From Octopus sinensis (Eukaryota), in contig NC_042999.1 in assembly GCF_006345805.1 (NCBI RefSeq), positions 157,480,001 to 157,544,000 of the forward strand: a DNA stretch of 64,000 nt, in the 5' to 3' direction. This document shows positions 49,896 through 63,479 of this stretch, one piece after another (positions within the stretch are counted from its first letter, which is position 1; each line of letters begins with the position of its first letter). Under the pieces are notes generated by a model. The model had not been told where the DNA came from and ran no database searches. It saw only the letters and a program-made list of their open reading frames with translations. The position numbers and the translations under genes are program-made.

Positions 49896-50175
49896 GTAAG
49901 TTGGAAGTATATATACAGACACACATATATGAGAGAGAGAGAGAGAGAGAGAAGGTGATACAATGTACATGCACACACCCTGAGTAAGACTTGAAAGCTT
50001 CAAAAGTTATGGAAGTACTTGCTTGTTAAATTCAGATACATGAAAATCTGTTGAAGTTTTTCCCACTATGTGTGTGTATTTCATACCAGTAGACATACCA
50101 GTCTACTGGTACGAAATAAGAGGTCAACATGTAATCTTTTAATGTATATCTTTTTCCCTGATGATATTTTGCTCA

Positions 50176-50482
50176 TCTTTATATATAAAATTGAAGTTGT
50201 GTGTGTGAGACTCTGTCTCCTCCGATTTAGATTCCTAACTACTCCCACATTTTGCGGTGCAGTTTAACCAAAAGCGGGTATCTTATAGTCGTCATTCATA
50301 TCGAGCCCTTCTGGGTATTAACGCGCGTCTATGATAAATCTACGATTTAAAAAAAAATTTACCATCATTTTTCCGCATTTTTAATGATTTTTGCTCAGGT
50401 TATATAAGGGAAGTAATTCTCTAAAAATGCTTATATAGTTATTTCCCTTACAAACCCGAGCAATGCCGGGCGATACTGCTAG
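50176..50482 (+). mobile_element. Non-autonomous Helitron in MRPL53 intron 2
   Basis: A|TC 5' end; cccgagcaatgccggg hairpin; CTAG|T 3' end. Confidence 0.8.
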
Positions 50483-50664
50483 TATTGTATAAAAACATAA
50501 CTTTGTAATTTATTTAATGGCATAAATGGAAACAGCTGTAGGAAGTAAGAATGATCAATTTATTGATAAATAATTATTAACTTTCAACTCTCCATTTTCT
50601 TTTCTTCTATTAATTGAATACTGATTATATGTTGTGCCTCTCTGGTATTAAAAGAACTTTGGCG

Positions 50665-50893
50665 GGGGAGCTGGCAGAGTGGTTAGCACGCCGGGCGAAA
50701 TGCTTTGCGGTATTTTGTCTGCCACTACGTTCCGAGTTCAAATTCCGCCGAGGTCAACTTTGCCTTTCATCCTTTCGGGGTCGATAAATTAAGTACCAGT
50801 TACGCACTGGGGTCAATATAATCGACTTAATCCGTTTGTCTGTCCTTGTTCGTCCCCTCTGTGTTTAGCCCCCTGTGGGTAGTAAAGAAACAG
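50665..50893 (+). mobile_element. SINE family B
   Basis: Family match. Confidence 0.9.
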
Positions 50894-51382
50894 GTATTAA
50901 AAGAACTGACATATTTCTGTGTTTGTGCTGTGGTGCTAGTGGTGTTACAGTTGCTGTTGCTACTTTCATATATTCTATGTATTGAATTCTTATTTTCCCC
51001 TCATTCAAAAATTCAAATGGCCCTGTATGACATATATATAGTGTTTTCATTTTGACACTAATTTTACCATGCTTGCTTGAGGCAGATGGAAATTAAGGTT
51101 GATTTTTTTATGATCAGATGCTGTCACTTAATTTGGAAGCAAAGTCAGACATTTTTTTTCATAGAAGGCTGCAAATAAAGAACAGTGATGCAATATCAAA
51201 ACAAGGGGACACACACATATTTTTACAAAACAGGCTTCTTTTCCAGGAACCATCTACTGAATTCACTCAGGAGCCTTTGATAGCCAGGAACTATAAGTGG
51301 AAGACATTTGACAGCCAGTTTGACTGAGGTTCAAACCGTTTGGTTGCAAAATGAACTTCTTAACCACACAGCCATACCAGTG

Positions 51383-51750
51383 GCTATGTGGTAAGAAGCT
51401 TGTTTCCCAACCACATGGCTCTGGGTTCAGTTCCACTGCATGGAACCTTGGGCAAGTGTCTTGTACTATAGCCCTGGATTGACTAAAGGCTTGTGAGTGG
51501 ATTTGGTAGACGGAAACAGAAAGAAGCCTGTCATATATATGTATATATATCTGAGCATGGGTATCACCAATTGACAACAGTTGTTAGTGTGTTTACATCC
51601 CCATAACTTAACAGTTCAGCAAAAGAGACCAATAGAATAAGTACCTAGCTTAAAAGGTAGGTACCCGGGTTGATTCATTTGATTAAAAATTCAAGGTGGT
51701 GCCCCAGGATGGCCACAGTCTAATGACTGAAACAAGTAAAAGAAAAGAAA
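51383..51750 (+). mobile_element. SINE family A (diverged)
   Basis: Family match. Confidence 0.8.
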
Positions 51751-51981
51751 AATAAGATAAAAAAGATATTAAAAAATAAATGCGCCTTTTCAAAGCCTAG
51801 TCTTATTTAAAATAAGCCATTACCTTTGCACCAACCTGATATTTTTCATGATTTTACTGTAATAATTTTTTTTACTAACTTAATCTGATTTAATCTCAAT
51901 TTTTCAATTTAGGATGGCATGAAAAAATATCAACATTTTCTTTCCTTTTCCGCTATATTTTTGGTGTATTTTTTTTTCCAG

Positions 51982-52121
51982 ATGATGATACTACTACACT
52001 TTACAAGACTAAGAATTTGACTTCACTTGAGATTATTGATAATTTCCTACAAAATTTGGACTCTAAAGCCGTTGTGGAAGAAAGCCCTATTCTCACAAAA
52101 AAATCTAAGAAACGGCATTGA
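51982..52121 (+). CDS. MRPL53: MRPL53 exon 3: DDTTTLYKTKNLTSLEIIDNFLQNLDSKAVVEESPILTKKSKKRH*
   Basis: Poly-T ccag acceptor, phase 1. NLTSLEI resembles L53 HLTALEM. TGA at 52119-52121; the spliced product is 125 aa. Confidence 0.85.
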
Positions 52122-52724
52122 TGTATTGAACAGTAGGTTATTTTTGTGAAATACAGTGTTGCTAGATCAGCTTCTGGATTATGTAACTAATCCTTAATCT
52201 AATCTACAACCAACAGTGATAATGTTATTGGTGAAAACACTGGAATATACTAAAACTTCATCTTAGAATTAATTTACAACAAATACAAGTAATGTTTTAC
52301 AGCATTAGAACAATTAAAAAACATATTTTGATGCTTTTGCTTTTGTTTTGTTTTTCATTTTACAAAATATAACACTAAAAGTATTATAGCATACACTATT
52401 TATTTTTATTGTTAGAGACAGTCCTTTTTTACTACTTGAAATGTGTTTATTGATTGCTTCTGGAAAGTTATCCAGTTTCACTAAGAGTGAAGAATCAGTG
52501 GAAACAGGAAGTGAAACGTTTCTAGATTGTTACAGTAAATGTCATAAGGTGGGCTTTGCAAGTATATCTTTACTCTACCCCAAAGAAATTTATAAGTTAT
52601 TTCCAGGAGATTGACATCAATAACAAATCTCTTACATTTATGAATGAGGGTAACAATTACCCAGTAGGAAAAAAAAGATACAGGGGTACTACTTAATTTT
52701 TCATTAACAATATAATACTGCAAT

Positions 52725-53120
52725 CATCATCATCATCATTATTTAACGTCTGCTTTCCATGCTAGCATGGGTTGGACGGTTCGACCGGGGATCTGGGAAG
52801 CCAGAAGGCTGCACCAGGCCCAGTCTGATTTGGCAATGTTTCTACGGCTGGATGCCCTTCCTAATGCCAACCATTCCGAGAGTGTAGTGGGTGCTTTTTA
52901 CGTGCCAGGTGAGGCTGGCAAACGGCCACGATCGGATGGTGCTTTTTACGTGCCACCGGTACGGAGGCCAGACGAAGCTGGCAACGGCCACGATTGGATG
53001 GTGCTTTTTACGTGCCACCGGCGGTGCTAGCAACGGCCACGTTCGGATGTTTCTCTTACGTGCCACCGGCACTGGTATCACAGCAACAATTTCCATTGAT
53101 GTTGATCGATTTCAATTTTG
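52725..53120 (-). mobile_element. RTE LINE 3' tail copy
   Basis: Family match. Confidence 0.85.
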
Positions 53121-53339
53121 ATTAATGACTTTTAACTGTTTTGATGTTTTAGTCTTCAGTTCTGTTGTGTATTGAACTCCTAATCAATATACAACCAAAT
53201 ACTCTACATTTGTTTAAATAATTAAGAATTGCCAATCACATGGTATGCATGAGTTTTATGTGAACTTGTCTTTTTTTTTTTTTCCTATGTATTGCAATTA
53301 AAATAAATAGACACACACAGTTGATTCCATCGCTACAGG

Positions 53340-55640
53340 AATACAGTTGATGTTGTTACTCCTTCTAATATTTTCTGCTGTTGGTTGTGCTTCCGCTACA
53401 GTGAAATAGAAATTCGCAGTTTACAGCTATTTGATCTTTGTTCCTAAACCTGTGCTTATGAAATAAGGAAATAACAAAACTTGACAATGGTGTCGCTGAT
53501 AGAGCAAGGAAAATCTCTTGGTAACAGTTGATTGAAGATGTCTCAACCTGGCTCATGGCATTCCAAGCAAAAGCTTATGTGGACAAATTAAAAGATAACC
53601 TACAAGATAATGACCAAAATCCCATGGCTATGAAATTCATTTCTTTGAAGCATTAAAAATTATCCTGTAGAATATTATGAAAATGACTTACAATGATCTA
53701 AAAAAATTTGATTCTGAATCATTTTGCTCCTTCAAAGAAACTGATATTGGTCGAAAGAGCAAAATTCTTCTCCACTTTTCAAAAACCCAATAAGTCAATT
53801 TCTCAATTTATTTCAAATTTGGGACATGCCAGTGAATACTGCAATTTTGAAAGTCTGAAAATGTCTAAAATGTTAGTGAGTTCACTCGCTGACGTTTTAG
53901 ACTCGTACTGTCTCAGTTAGTTTGTCAGTCTAAGAAGCAGTGAGGAAAGAAAGAAAGTTCTTCAAGTTAATGAAGTTAACAAACTCAGTTTAGAAGCTAC
54001 AGTGCAATTTTTACAACATTCTTCGCAATGACAATTCAAAAACGGGAGTCTGCTTATTCCAAAACGACTGCACAAGATAAAAGAAAAAATTTGAGCGACA
54101 AATCCTGTTCCCACAACTCTGGTTCCCACAACTCAATAAAAGCTATCAGCAAAACTGTGGCAAGAAAGGCCACTATGCAAAATTTTGCAAAAGCACCAGG
54201 AATGATCGTAGGATGTGTCATCAGGATGGAATCATGACTCTTCATGCGTTGGAAAAATGTGTGTTTGAATCTGTCTCACTCAATGGGCACATAATGCATG
54301 ATGCAGGTGCTCCTGGCAGTATTATCTCATCTGTAATAGCAAAGGATATCAGCGTGATGCTTACACAGCAACATTCTTCATATGAACCATACGATGGGCA
54401 CCACATGGAATACGTTGGGGATGTTTGCCTTACAGTGAAACAAGACTTTTAAAATAATTAAAAGTGGGGCTTTCTCCGTCCGGGTTGCGGATCCGTGGAA
54501 TAAGCTGCTGGACGAGATAGTGAAGATGCCGACAACCGCTCGGTTCAAAGTTTCTCTTGATCAGAAATGGCCTGAACTCTTTGCATGAACACCACCCTGT
54601 ACATAACTCCATGTCCCTGCTTTTTGCTTTTTGAGCCAAAAAATTAACTTAACTTAACCATATGTATGGCCTACAAGGTTGTGACCTGCTCAATGCTAAA
54701 GTAATTTGCAGCATTGAGTCTTTTCTGCCAATGATAAAAGGAGTACAAGCTTCTGACAAATTCTGTGCTGCCAGAAGTGTACCTATTACTCTTGAGGAAG
54801 ATGTAGCAAAGGAAATAGAAGCATTGGAAGCCAAAGGTATGATTTAAAATGTGCTCCAGGTGGCATAGTCAGTACTTTTCTAGTCATGTGGATTAGAAGG
54901 AAAAAATGGATGTCTATGTATGTGTCCCAGCTACAGAGTTCACCTAAATAAAAAATATGCACAGAATCTTATCCTTTGCCACAATTAGAAACCATGTTCA
55001 GCAAGATTTTTTCGCTAAGATTGACTTAAGTAATGCATATTGACAGATTGAGCTTGATGAAAATAGAAGCTCTGTGCCATCAATACTACTAGAGGAGTAT
55101 ACTTGGTTACACAATTACAGATGGGAATGAAAATTAGTTCTGTAATTTTTCAGCATGGTATAATGTATGTAATGCTCTAGGGACTAAAAAATTTCATTGC
55201 CTACCAAGACGATATAATTGCATTTGCTAGGAAAGAAGACAGCCTAAATAAACATTTAAATGCCATTCTTGCAAGATTATGCTAGAAAGAAGTCAATGTC
55301 AACAAAGAAAAATGTGTTCAAAAGACTAAAAACATCACATTTTTAGGCCTTGTGATATCAGCAGAAAGAATTAAACCTACAAAAAAAAAAAAAAACTCAC
55401 TTGCAGAATCATGGCATTAAATCAGCCAAGAAACACAGAGGAATGGCATTCCTTTCTTGGGCTAATTGGATATTTTGGGCGATTCATTTCAAATTTCAAT
55501 GAGAAAGCAATTAGCATGCAGAAACTAACTACTACCGATTGTTTTCAGTGGATAAACAAGTGCCAACTTGTCTATCCCAAAAGTTCATACAGAGATGAAA
55601 GAACAAATACAAGATCTATATATTTACTACATAAAAATAT
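53340..55640 (+). mobile_element. Decayed Ty3/Gypsy LTR retrotransposon (LTR end/PBS, gag, protease, RT)
   Basis: ..ACA a TGGTGTC PBS-like at 53488; VERAKFF; DAGAPGSII; KIDLSNAY; AYQDDII; FLGLVIS. Confidence 0.8.
54460..54660 (+). mobile_element. CR1/L2-type LINE 3' end inserted in Gypsy
   Basis: FSVRVADPWNKL..FKVSLDQKWP*; (ttaac)n tail. Confidence 0.75.
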
Positions 55641-56592
55641 ATTTTATTCTTCTTTCGATGATAATACATGAAATCAAATTGCAGAAGCTAGATGAAGTAA
55701 TCTTATGCAAGAGAGTACAGAGATAGGAAATGTAGAACAACAGTGCAGAGGCTCTAGGGCGTAGAGAAATAGACATACATAGCAATGACATGAATGGCTC
55801 CAAGTCTAATCGACCATGAAGGGAAAAGCTGGGTTAACAAGCTGTTTCTATTAATGGTACGCTAGATATTCTAGAAACTTCCAAGCTTGAATAATTAAGA
55901 ATCACATTTTGTGATAATAATGCTTCAAGAAACTCAGAAAAGGGAGGTTACTCTATGATCTTTAGTGTAAGGGAGATCATTCAACTATCTACCTGCTGCT
56001 ATACCCTTCTTGAAATTCAGACAGTTCCAAGGCTTCTTTTGTACATGGTATGATGAAACAGTCACATATAGAATCTGAGACATAAAAATGTCAATTAATA
56101 AAAAATATAAAGCATTAGGAGTTAGAATAAACAGAAAACGATGTTTTATGGGGTATCTTTTTACTTTTGTCATGTCTGTGTATATCGATGCTGTGTACAT
56201 AGAGAGATGTTGTTGACATTAAGATGAAAGCAACGAAGAAGGAGATTGCCATATGCTGTTGATGCGTCTCCATGTGGCTGCTCTTGTGTTGTTGCTGGAA
56301 CTGGCTGTGTCCTGTGGTCAGTGGCTGGACTGTAAGAGGTCTGGAACCGAAAGACTTCGAGACGGTGTTGAAGCTAGCATTTTATACTGTATTATCGGCT
56401 TGCCGCAAGTTTGGAATAGACTGTCTCATGTGACCTTGTCAGAAGGCTGCGATTGGTTGAGTTGCACATTGGTGCGTAATAGAGCAAGAGACAAACTGTG
56501 CCAATACCAACCAATCAGAGTAGTGGACAAAACAGGGTCCAAAATAGCAGCTGAAGGCTAGCTGTTATCTACTTCATCCATACTTATATATA

Positions 56593-57010
56593 CGAGGGGT
56601 GTTCAATAAGTAATGCCCCTGACCCATTTGCAGTTGTTTGATCTAGCTGAAATTTCTCTATTAATTAAGTGGCAAATTACAGCTCTGAACTAATTGTGGT
56701 TTTTGATTTACAGGTGTTTGAACTGAGTCAAGTGTGAAATGGAGCCTGTTGAGTGTCGAGCAGTGATCCGGTTTTTGTATTTGAAAGGACACACACCACA
56801 GGAGACTTTTGATGAAATGAAAGTAACTTATGGTGATGATGCCCTATCATATGACCTTGTAAAACGCTGGCATCGTGAATTCAAACATGGTTGGAACTCT
56901 GTGGAAACAGCTCCCAGATCTGGTCGCCCCCACCTTCTGCCATTGATGAGGCATCTGTCCGTCAAGTTGAGGCTGCCAGTTTGGAAGATTGACACATAAC
57001 TATTCGCCTC
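56593..57010 (+). mobile_element. Mariner 5' half (TIR plus HTH region)
   Basis: TA|cgaggggtgttcaataag TIR; RAVIRFLYLKG..KRWHREFKHG..PRSGRP. Confidence 0.85.
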
Positions 57011-57179
57011 ACACTCAGACGGCACATCTTCTATTCCCTCTGTGCTACTTGTACTCCCCTCCCCACTGTTCCCAGTGGGTAAGTCCTCTCTCACTCTGCC
57101 TCGAGCTTTCTCTCACTCTCTCCTACCTTGATTGACTTCCTTGCCCTACTTGGATATTCCAAGTATCTCCTCTCTTCTT

Positions 57180-57395
57180 ATTTCTTTATTGCCCACAAGG
57201 GGCTAAACAAGGACAGAGAAAGGGATTAAGTCGATTACATCGACCCCAGTGCGTGACTGGTACTTAATTTATCGACCCCGAAAGGATGAAAGGCAAAGTC
57301 AACCTCAGCGGAATTTGAACTCAGAACGTAACGGCAAATGAAATATCGCTAAGCATTTTGCCTGGCGTGCTAACGTTTCTGCAAGTTCACCACCT
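57180..57395 (-). mobile_element. SINE family B
   Basis: Family match. Confidence 0.85.
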
Positions 57396-57539
57396 ATTCC
57401 TCTCTTCTATCATACTCCAACCACTTGCCTTGCACATAGCCACTTCTTCCAGTTTCCCTACCTCTCTCAGCTGGCTTGCAAGCCACTTGGTGACCCCATG
57501 AGTGCTGGTGCCATATGAAATGCACCTGTGCCAGCACTA

Positions 57540-58490
57540 TGGTGGAATTATTCCTCTCAGCAAGTATCCATTTTGTCCGATAAAATTACTTCGTTTTCTG
57601 AGTTATTTTCAACCATATTAGAAAATCCAGAGACTTGGAAGGCTTCAGAATTAGCACAAGCAATGGGATTCATTACAAGCCAAGAAGATTTTCATAAAAA
57701 AATTTTATTAGTAGTTTTTGAAACTACATCGAGTGGTTCAGAGATTCTGTATTCAATACTTCAAAAATGTTCACTTGGTATTTCAAGATGTATTTGTGAA
57801 GTTGAGAACTACAAAAAAAAAAAAAAAAAAAATTGATTCATTTCAAAGACAAATTTGAAAAATTTTACTCCTGGGTTTTGGATGGTGTCACTGATCCACC
57901 AGAGAAGTGAAGTCGTCACGAAGAACCAGAAATTTTAAGAACTTTGTTTCCCAACATTTTAGATGAAATTATTGTTCAAGTTGAGCAAAGATTTAAAATG
58001 ATGGAAAAGTTCAAATTTGTTGAATTGTTGAATCCAGAGCTTTTTTCACATTTATGAAAAATAATTTTCAATGGAAGCATTTTCATCTCAGAATTTCTAC
58101 AAAAATATATTGGAATTGGATGGACTGAAATGTGAGCTCAGATCAGTTTATGCTGCAGATTCTGCAAAGCAAGCATCAAGCATCCAAGAAGTTGCAGATA
58201 TAATACAGGAACTTGAACTAAACTAAGCTCTGCTAGAAGTAACAAAATTACTACGTCTGATTCTAACCATATCTACCACATCTGCATCCTGTGAGAGAGT
58301 GTTTTCTTCTTTAAAGCAAGTCAATAATTAAATGAGATGTATGAATTACAGTGAAGAGAGAATGAATAATTTGGTTTTCATTTTGAAGAAGATGAGGGCA
58401 GAGCGTGGTGCTGATGCATTTTATAGCAAAGTGACCGAAGAATTTGCCAAAAAGCAAAGAAGAATTAAAATCATTAATGAAGTCAGATAC
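57540..58490 (+). mobile_element. Decayed hAT-type transposase C-terminal (dimerisation) region
   Basis: LILTISTTSASCERVFSSLK, EERMNNL, EFAKKQRR. Confidence 0.75.
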
Positions 58491-58494
58491 TCCA

Positions 58495-59460
58495 CCAACA
58501 CAAATGTCAGAAGTGAAATTGAAAATGCCCTCAAGCTTATGAAAGCAGATAAAACTCCACGGAAAAATGGCATAACAACAGAGGTGTTAAGTAGGAGAGG
58601 AGAAGAGCTGTGGAAAATACTTGTTCTATGCTTCAATCACCACCTGAAGGAGAATCAAATACTGTTACCATGGGAAGAGTTACACAGAATCTTATTTCAC
58701 AAGAAGGGTGATAAAGAAGATCTAAGAAACTATAATCCCAAGGTAGCGAGCTGGCAGAAACGTTAGCACGTCGGGCGAAATGTGTAGCTGTATTTCGTCT
58801 GTCGATACGTTCCGAGTTCAAATTCCACCGAGGTCGACTTTGCCTTTCATCCTTTCGGGGTCGATAAATGAAGTACCAGTTATGCACTGGGGTCGATATA
58901 ATCGACTTAATCCGTTTCTCTGTCTTTGTTTGTCCCCTCTGTGTTTAGCTCCTTGTGGGCAATAAAGAAATATATAATCCCAAGCTGTTTACAAGGGTCT
59001 TAGTCTCAAGATTATTGAAATATCTCACTGACCAGCAGCCAACTGAGCAAGCAGGTTTTTGAATGAATTACAGTGTGATGGAGGTCATATATTCACTTTA
59101 ACATAGCTTATAGTATCAGCGAAAGAATACAAGCTGCCTCTGAGCATCACTTCCATCAACTATGAAAAGGCCTTCAATAGCACTGAGATGAACACGTGTT
59201 GAAATCTCAGAAAATTCAAGGAGTTGAGGCGCAATACATCAAACTGTTCAAGTATGCAAACACCACTGATATAGCTCTGCTAGGGGGGTCACCAGTAAGA
59301 GATCCAATTGGGAAAAGCATCAAACAAGGTGATACTGTCTCTTCAAAGCCTTTCTCCACATGTCTAGAAATGGTCATCAGAAACATTGGCTGGACAGGAG
59401 GCACGAACACCAACAGTGAGCTACTAGCACATCTCCAATTCACAGATGACAGTAAATTTT
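58495..59460 (+). mobile_element. Decayed RTE-type RT fragment with a nested SINE B (58743-58972)
   Basis: KGDKEDLRNY, IKQGDTVSSKPF, LQFTDD. The SINE TSD tataatcccaag is at 58731-58742 and 58973-58984. Confidence 0.8.
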
Positions 59461-59473
59461 CATTCCCCTGCTC

Positions 59474-59875
59474 GGATCTTTTCGGTTTGAACGGCAGTTT
59501 TTTCTGGCGGTGTCATATGAAATTGTCACCCATAATTATGACCCTAGTATCGATCTATTGCATTTCAATCTATTTTAGGGTTAGGGGTGGGGTGTTTTTT
59601 TCTTCACAAATGTAAATAAACCCAATCTGTTTCTTAAACGAGGGACATATTCATACGGCACAGAATGTTTTTTAACTCAATGGACGTCAGTGATTGGTTG
59701 AAATTGCAGAAATTGAAGAAAAAAAACAACAAATATCTTATAAACTATAGAATTTTCTCCATAAAGCCAAGAGAAAAAGATGTCTTATAAACACATTCTA
59801 CCAGTATACGAAGTATAAAATTTTTTAGTTACCAAGAAATTATGTTAAAAACTGCTGTTCAAACCGAAAAGATCC
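59474..59875. mobile_element. GGATC-TIR MITE, complete (402 bp)
   Basis: 8-bp TSD ccctgctc / ccctggtc (one mismatch). Confidence 0.9.
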
Positions 59876-59984
59876 CCCTGGTCTATCAACATTTTGATTT
59901 GAACTTTGCAGTATTTCACATGGTGGTGGTGGTGGGAAGCATCATTCCTCAGTAAGATCGGGGCTGTGAGGATAAAAAAAAAAT

Positions 59985-60120
59985 GGACGTAGGAGTGGTT
60001 GTGTGGTAAGTAGCTTGCTTACCAACAACATGGTTCCGGGTTCAGTTCCCACTGGGCAAGTGTCTTCTACTATAGCCTTGTGAGTGGATTTGGTAGATGG
60101 AAACTGAAAGAAGCCCGTCG

Positions 60121-60151
<31 letters not shown>

Positions 60152-60361
60152 ATACGTTTGTGTGTCTGTGCTTGTCCCCCCAACATCGCTTGACAACTGA
60201 TGCTGGTGTGTTTACGTCTACGCAACTTAACGGTTCGGCAAAAGAGACTGATAGAATAAGTACTAGGCTTACAAAGAATAAGTCCTGGGGTCGATTTGCT
60301 CGACTAAAGGCGGTGCTCCTGCATGGCCACAGTCAAATGACTGAAACAAGTAAAAGAGTAA
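59985..60361 (+). mobile_element. SINE family A
   Basis: Family match. Confidence 0.9.
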
Positions 60362-60451
60362 ATTGCTATGACCACTATATTAAATTGATTTTAAACTTCT
60401 AAAACTTGTCCAACCTGTGACAAAGAAAGAATTTGGAGACCCAGTACAAGC

Positions 60452-61082
60452 GGCACTGTCATGCTCTTAGCTGTCAGAAGTGAAAGTAGTCAACTTCGTG
60501 TATTTACGTCAGGTTTATACCTTCGTTTATTTACGTCCCACCACGCTGTTAGGTTTATAAAACAATTGAAGTTCAGTTTAAAGTTTATAAATAAATACAT
60601 TTCATGTGGGCGCCATGTGGGCGATGTTTCGCTTGTCGTAACACACGTTTCCGTCGATTTCCGTAAAAAATGTAAACACTGAATCGGCCATACATACATA
60701 CACACACATACATAGATACATACACACACACATACATGCAGACATACATATACACATACACCGAGTAAAAAATTTCAGTTATCTCTCTCTTTCACACATT
60801 ACTCGGTCTCTTCACACACACTAACAGAAGCACTTCACTTACACAACATACTGTCTGTCTCCCACACCCCATCAAACACACACACGGGGACTTCAAAGAG
60901 AAAATTCCTCGTCATAAAATCGCTTCCTCTTAGTCTCTTTCGCTCTCATTACTTATGTAAAAAATAAAAGTTTTTTACGGAAATCGACGGAAACTTGTGC
61001 TACGACAAGCGAAACATCGCCTTCATGTGCTATGTATACATATGTATATATCACTTCTGACAGCTAAAAGCATGACAGTGCC
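60452..61082. mobile_element. 631-bp MITE with GG-initiated 32-bp TIRs and 8-bp TSD (Merlin-like)
   Basis: TIR ggcactgtcatgctcttagctgtcagaagtga and its reverse complement (1 mismatch). TSD gtacaagc at 60444-60451 and 61083-61090. Confidence 0.85.
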
Positions 61083-61489
61083 GTACAAGCATACCTTGCC
61101 TTAAATCGTTTTCGTTTACACGTCGGTTTTCAAAAATAATATAGGGAAAAAAAAATCAAGTGAAGTTATTTTACTCAACTTTACGCCTGTCAGCCAAGAT
61201 CGCCAAAAGCATATAAAATCATATCAAAATACATACAGTAAATATTAAGATAACATCATAAAGTAGTGGGTACTACTAGCGAAAAGTGGTCCCGATGCGC
61301 GCACGTACACACACACACTAAAGTTCTGAAAAGGAAAAAACAATTTAGAATCAATTGTAATCTTCAATGTTTACCAAAGTAATTGTCGAAAAAAAATGTA
61401 AGATAAGTAAATAAAACGGCACAGAGTTGAGGCATGTTCCCAAACTCTACCAAATACTCTGAGTTCTCAATAGAAATGAAATGTTGAAT

Positions 61490-61895
61490 ACTCTTTACTC
61501 CCTTTTACTTGTTTCAGTCATTTGACTGCGGCCATGCTGGAGCACCGCCTTTAGTCGAGCAAATCGACCCCAGGACTTATTCTTTGTAAGCCTAGTACTT
61601 ATTCTATCGGTCTCTTTTACCGAACGGCTAAGTGACGGAGACGTAAACACACCAGCATCGGTCGTCAAGCGATGTTGGGGGGTATAAACACAGACACTCA
61701 AACATATACACACAAATACATACATATATCTATATACATATATACGACAGGCTTCTTTCAGTTTCCGCCTACCAAATCCACTCACAAGGCTTTGGTCGGC
61801 CCGAGGCTACAGTAGAAGACGCTTGCTCAAGGTGCCACGCAGTAGGAGTGAACCCTGAACCATGTGGTTTGTAAGCGAGCTACTTACCACACAGA
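61490..61895 (-). mobile_element. SINE family A
   Basis: Family match. Confidence 0.9.
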
Positions 61896-62350
61896 CACTA
61901 ATAGTTTGTTTTTCTACAACTTTATAATGTGACGTAAAGTAGAGGTATTCGGGTATCTAATGTCGGGATACGAAACAGCTCCTTCGAGCGATTTGTGTGT
62001 ACAAATGCAATTAGGTATCACTTTTCAACAGTTAAGGGGGGAACCATAATCGGCTTCTTTAGATCTATTTATACCTGAGTCCATTTAAGGAAAACAGTTC
62101 AACAGAATATTTTACCAGTATATATAATTTACTAACCGTTCGTATTTAAGGAAACATTTTAAATCAAGAGATAATTGCATTAATGTTCAGTATTGGAATT
62201 TATTTTTGATCCTATCTAGTATAATTTACCCTTAAAATCTCAATCCTGTATAAAATGTAATAGAAATTAGTGCAGAACTTCGTTGCATGGTTTTTCATTC
62301 TACTTCCGGTAATTAATCAGTTTCCAACTAGTTTCCTCGTGTCTTTGATC

Positions 62351-62365
62351 ATGCCGCAAATTACG
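62351..62365 (+). CDS. Possible first coding exon (MPQIT) of an unidentified gene
   Basis: gatcATGCCGCAAATTACG|gtcagt, preceded by an ACTTCCGG (ETS-like) motif at 62302 and a pyrimidine-rich leader, followed by T-rich intron-like DNA. No second exon seen. Confidence 0.3.
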
Positions 62366-63479
62366 GTCAGTGCTCCCTACTTTGTTTATCGTTTATACTT
62401 TTCTCGTCAACATTATGATTATTTTTTTCTTGTTTTTGTGATTTTTAATGACAATGAAAAAAAAACTCTTACTGATACTGCATAAATGTAAACACGCAAA
62501 TACAAATTTCTGTATTGTTCATATAGAAATTTTACGGAGTCTACCAAATCTAGAACTTTCTCCCGTGTCCCTTTTTTTTGTTTTGGGGGTATATTTCTCG
62601 TATTATTTTTCTGTTTTTAATCGCAGTAGTATTTTCGAGGTTATATTTTCAGTAAAAAAAAAACCAAACAAAAAAAACGACCGCTAATTAACTTAATAAA
62701 CGTTTGATTAAATGGCAATATTAATGGTAAAGTTGTGTTCTAAGTTATGTACTATAGGTGCTGGTGGGGGCAAACAGACACAAATAATTATATTTGACAG
62801 GCATCTATGCAGTTTTCTTCCACCAAATTCACATTGTGTTTGTCTGCTCGGGACTGTAATGGAAGACACAGGTGTAACGCGGAAGGACTGAACCTGAAAC
62901 CAAGTGGTCTGCAAAGCAAGTTTTTTAATCACACCACCATGCGTGCACCTGTTACTGCATAACTTGCTGAAATTTTGCACAGATATGTTTTCTAGAGTGT
63001 ATAATACGATGTTGTTGACAATATAGCCCACCCTTAGTCTTTTCTTTCACAACTCTTTTTAAAATGGTATTTTGCGGAAATGTTTTTTCGAGATCGTAGA
63101 TTACTTAATGCCGATATTTCAAGCATATTAATCAGAAATTGGTGATAATTAAAGTCGAGGTGTAATTTACATCCTCGAAAAAATTTTCGAGGCGTAGTTT
63201 ACATCCTTGAAAAAATATCTACAAAATGTTATGAATTCGAAGCGAGTTATGAGAAAATAAAGACGCAAATGGGCAGAATGATGCAAGACTATTTCCTAAT
63301 ATTTTTTTATAGTATTATCAAATTAATCGTAATCGTCACCCTCGTAAATTTCTTAAAAAATATGCATTTCAGAAAGTTACGGAGGAAAAAAAATTCTGTT
63401 GGGTCGGAATACGCCAATGTGATTGATGGCCATGCTCTTACGGACAGCAGGAATTTTCTTCTGCCTTAGAAAATGCTCA

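Noticed and set aside
56200-56570. GC-richer LTR-like block with a 102-aa ORF resembling a signal peptide
   Set aside because: No matching second LTR, TSD or splice structure could be shown.
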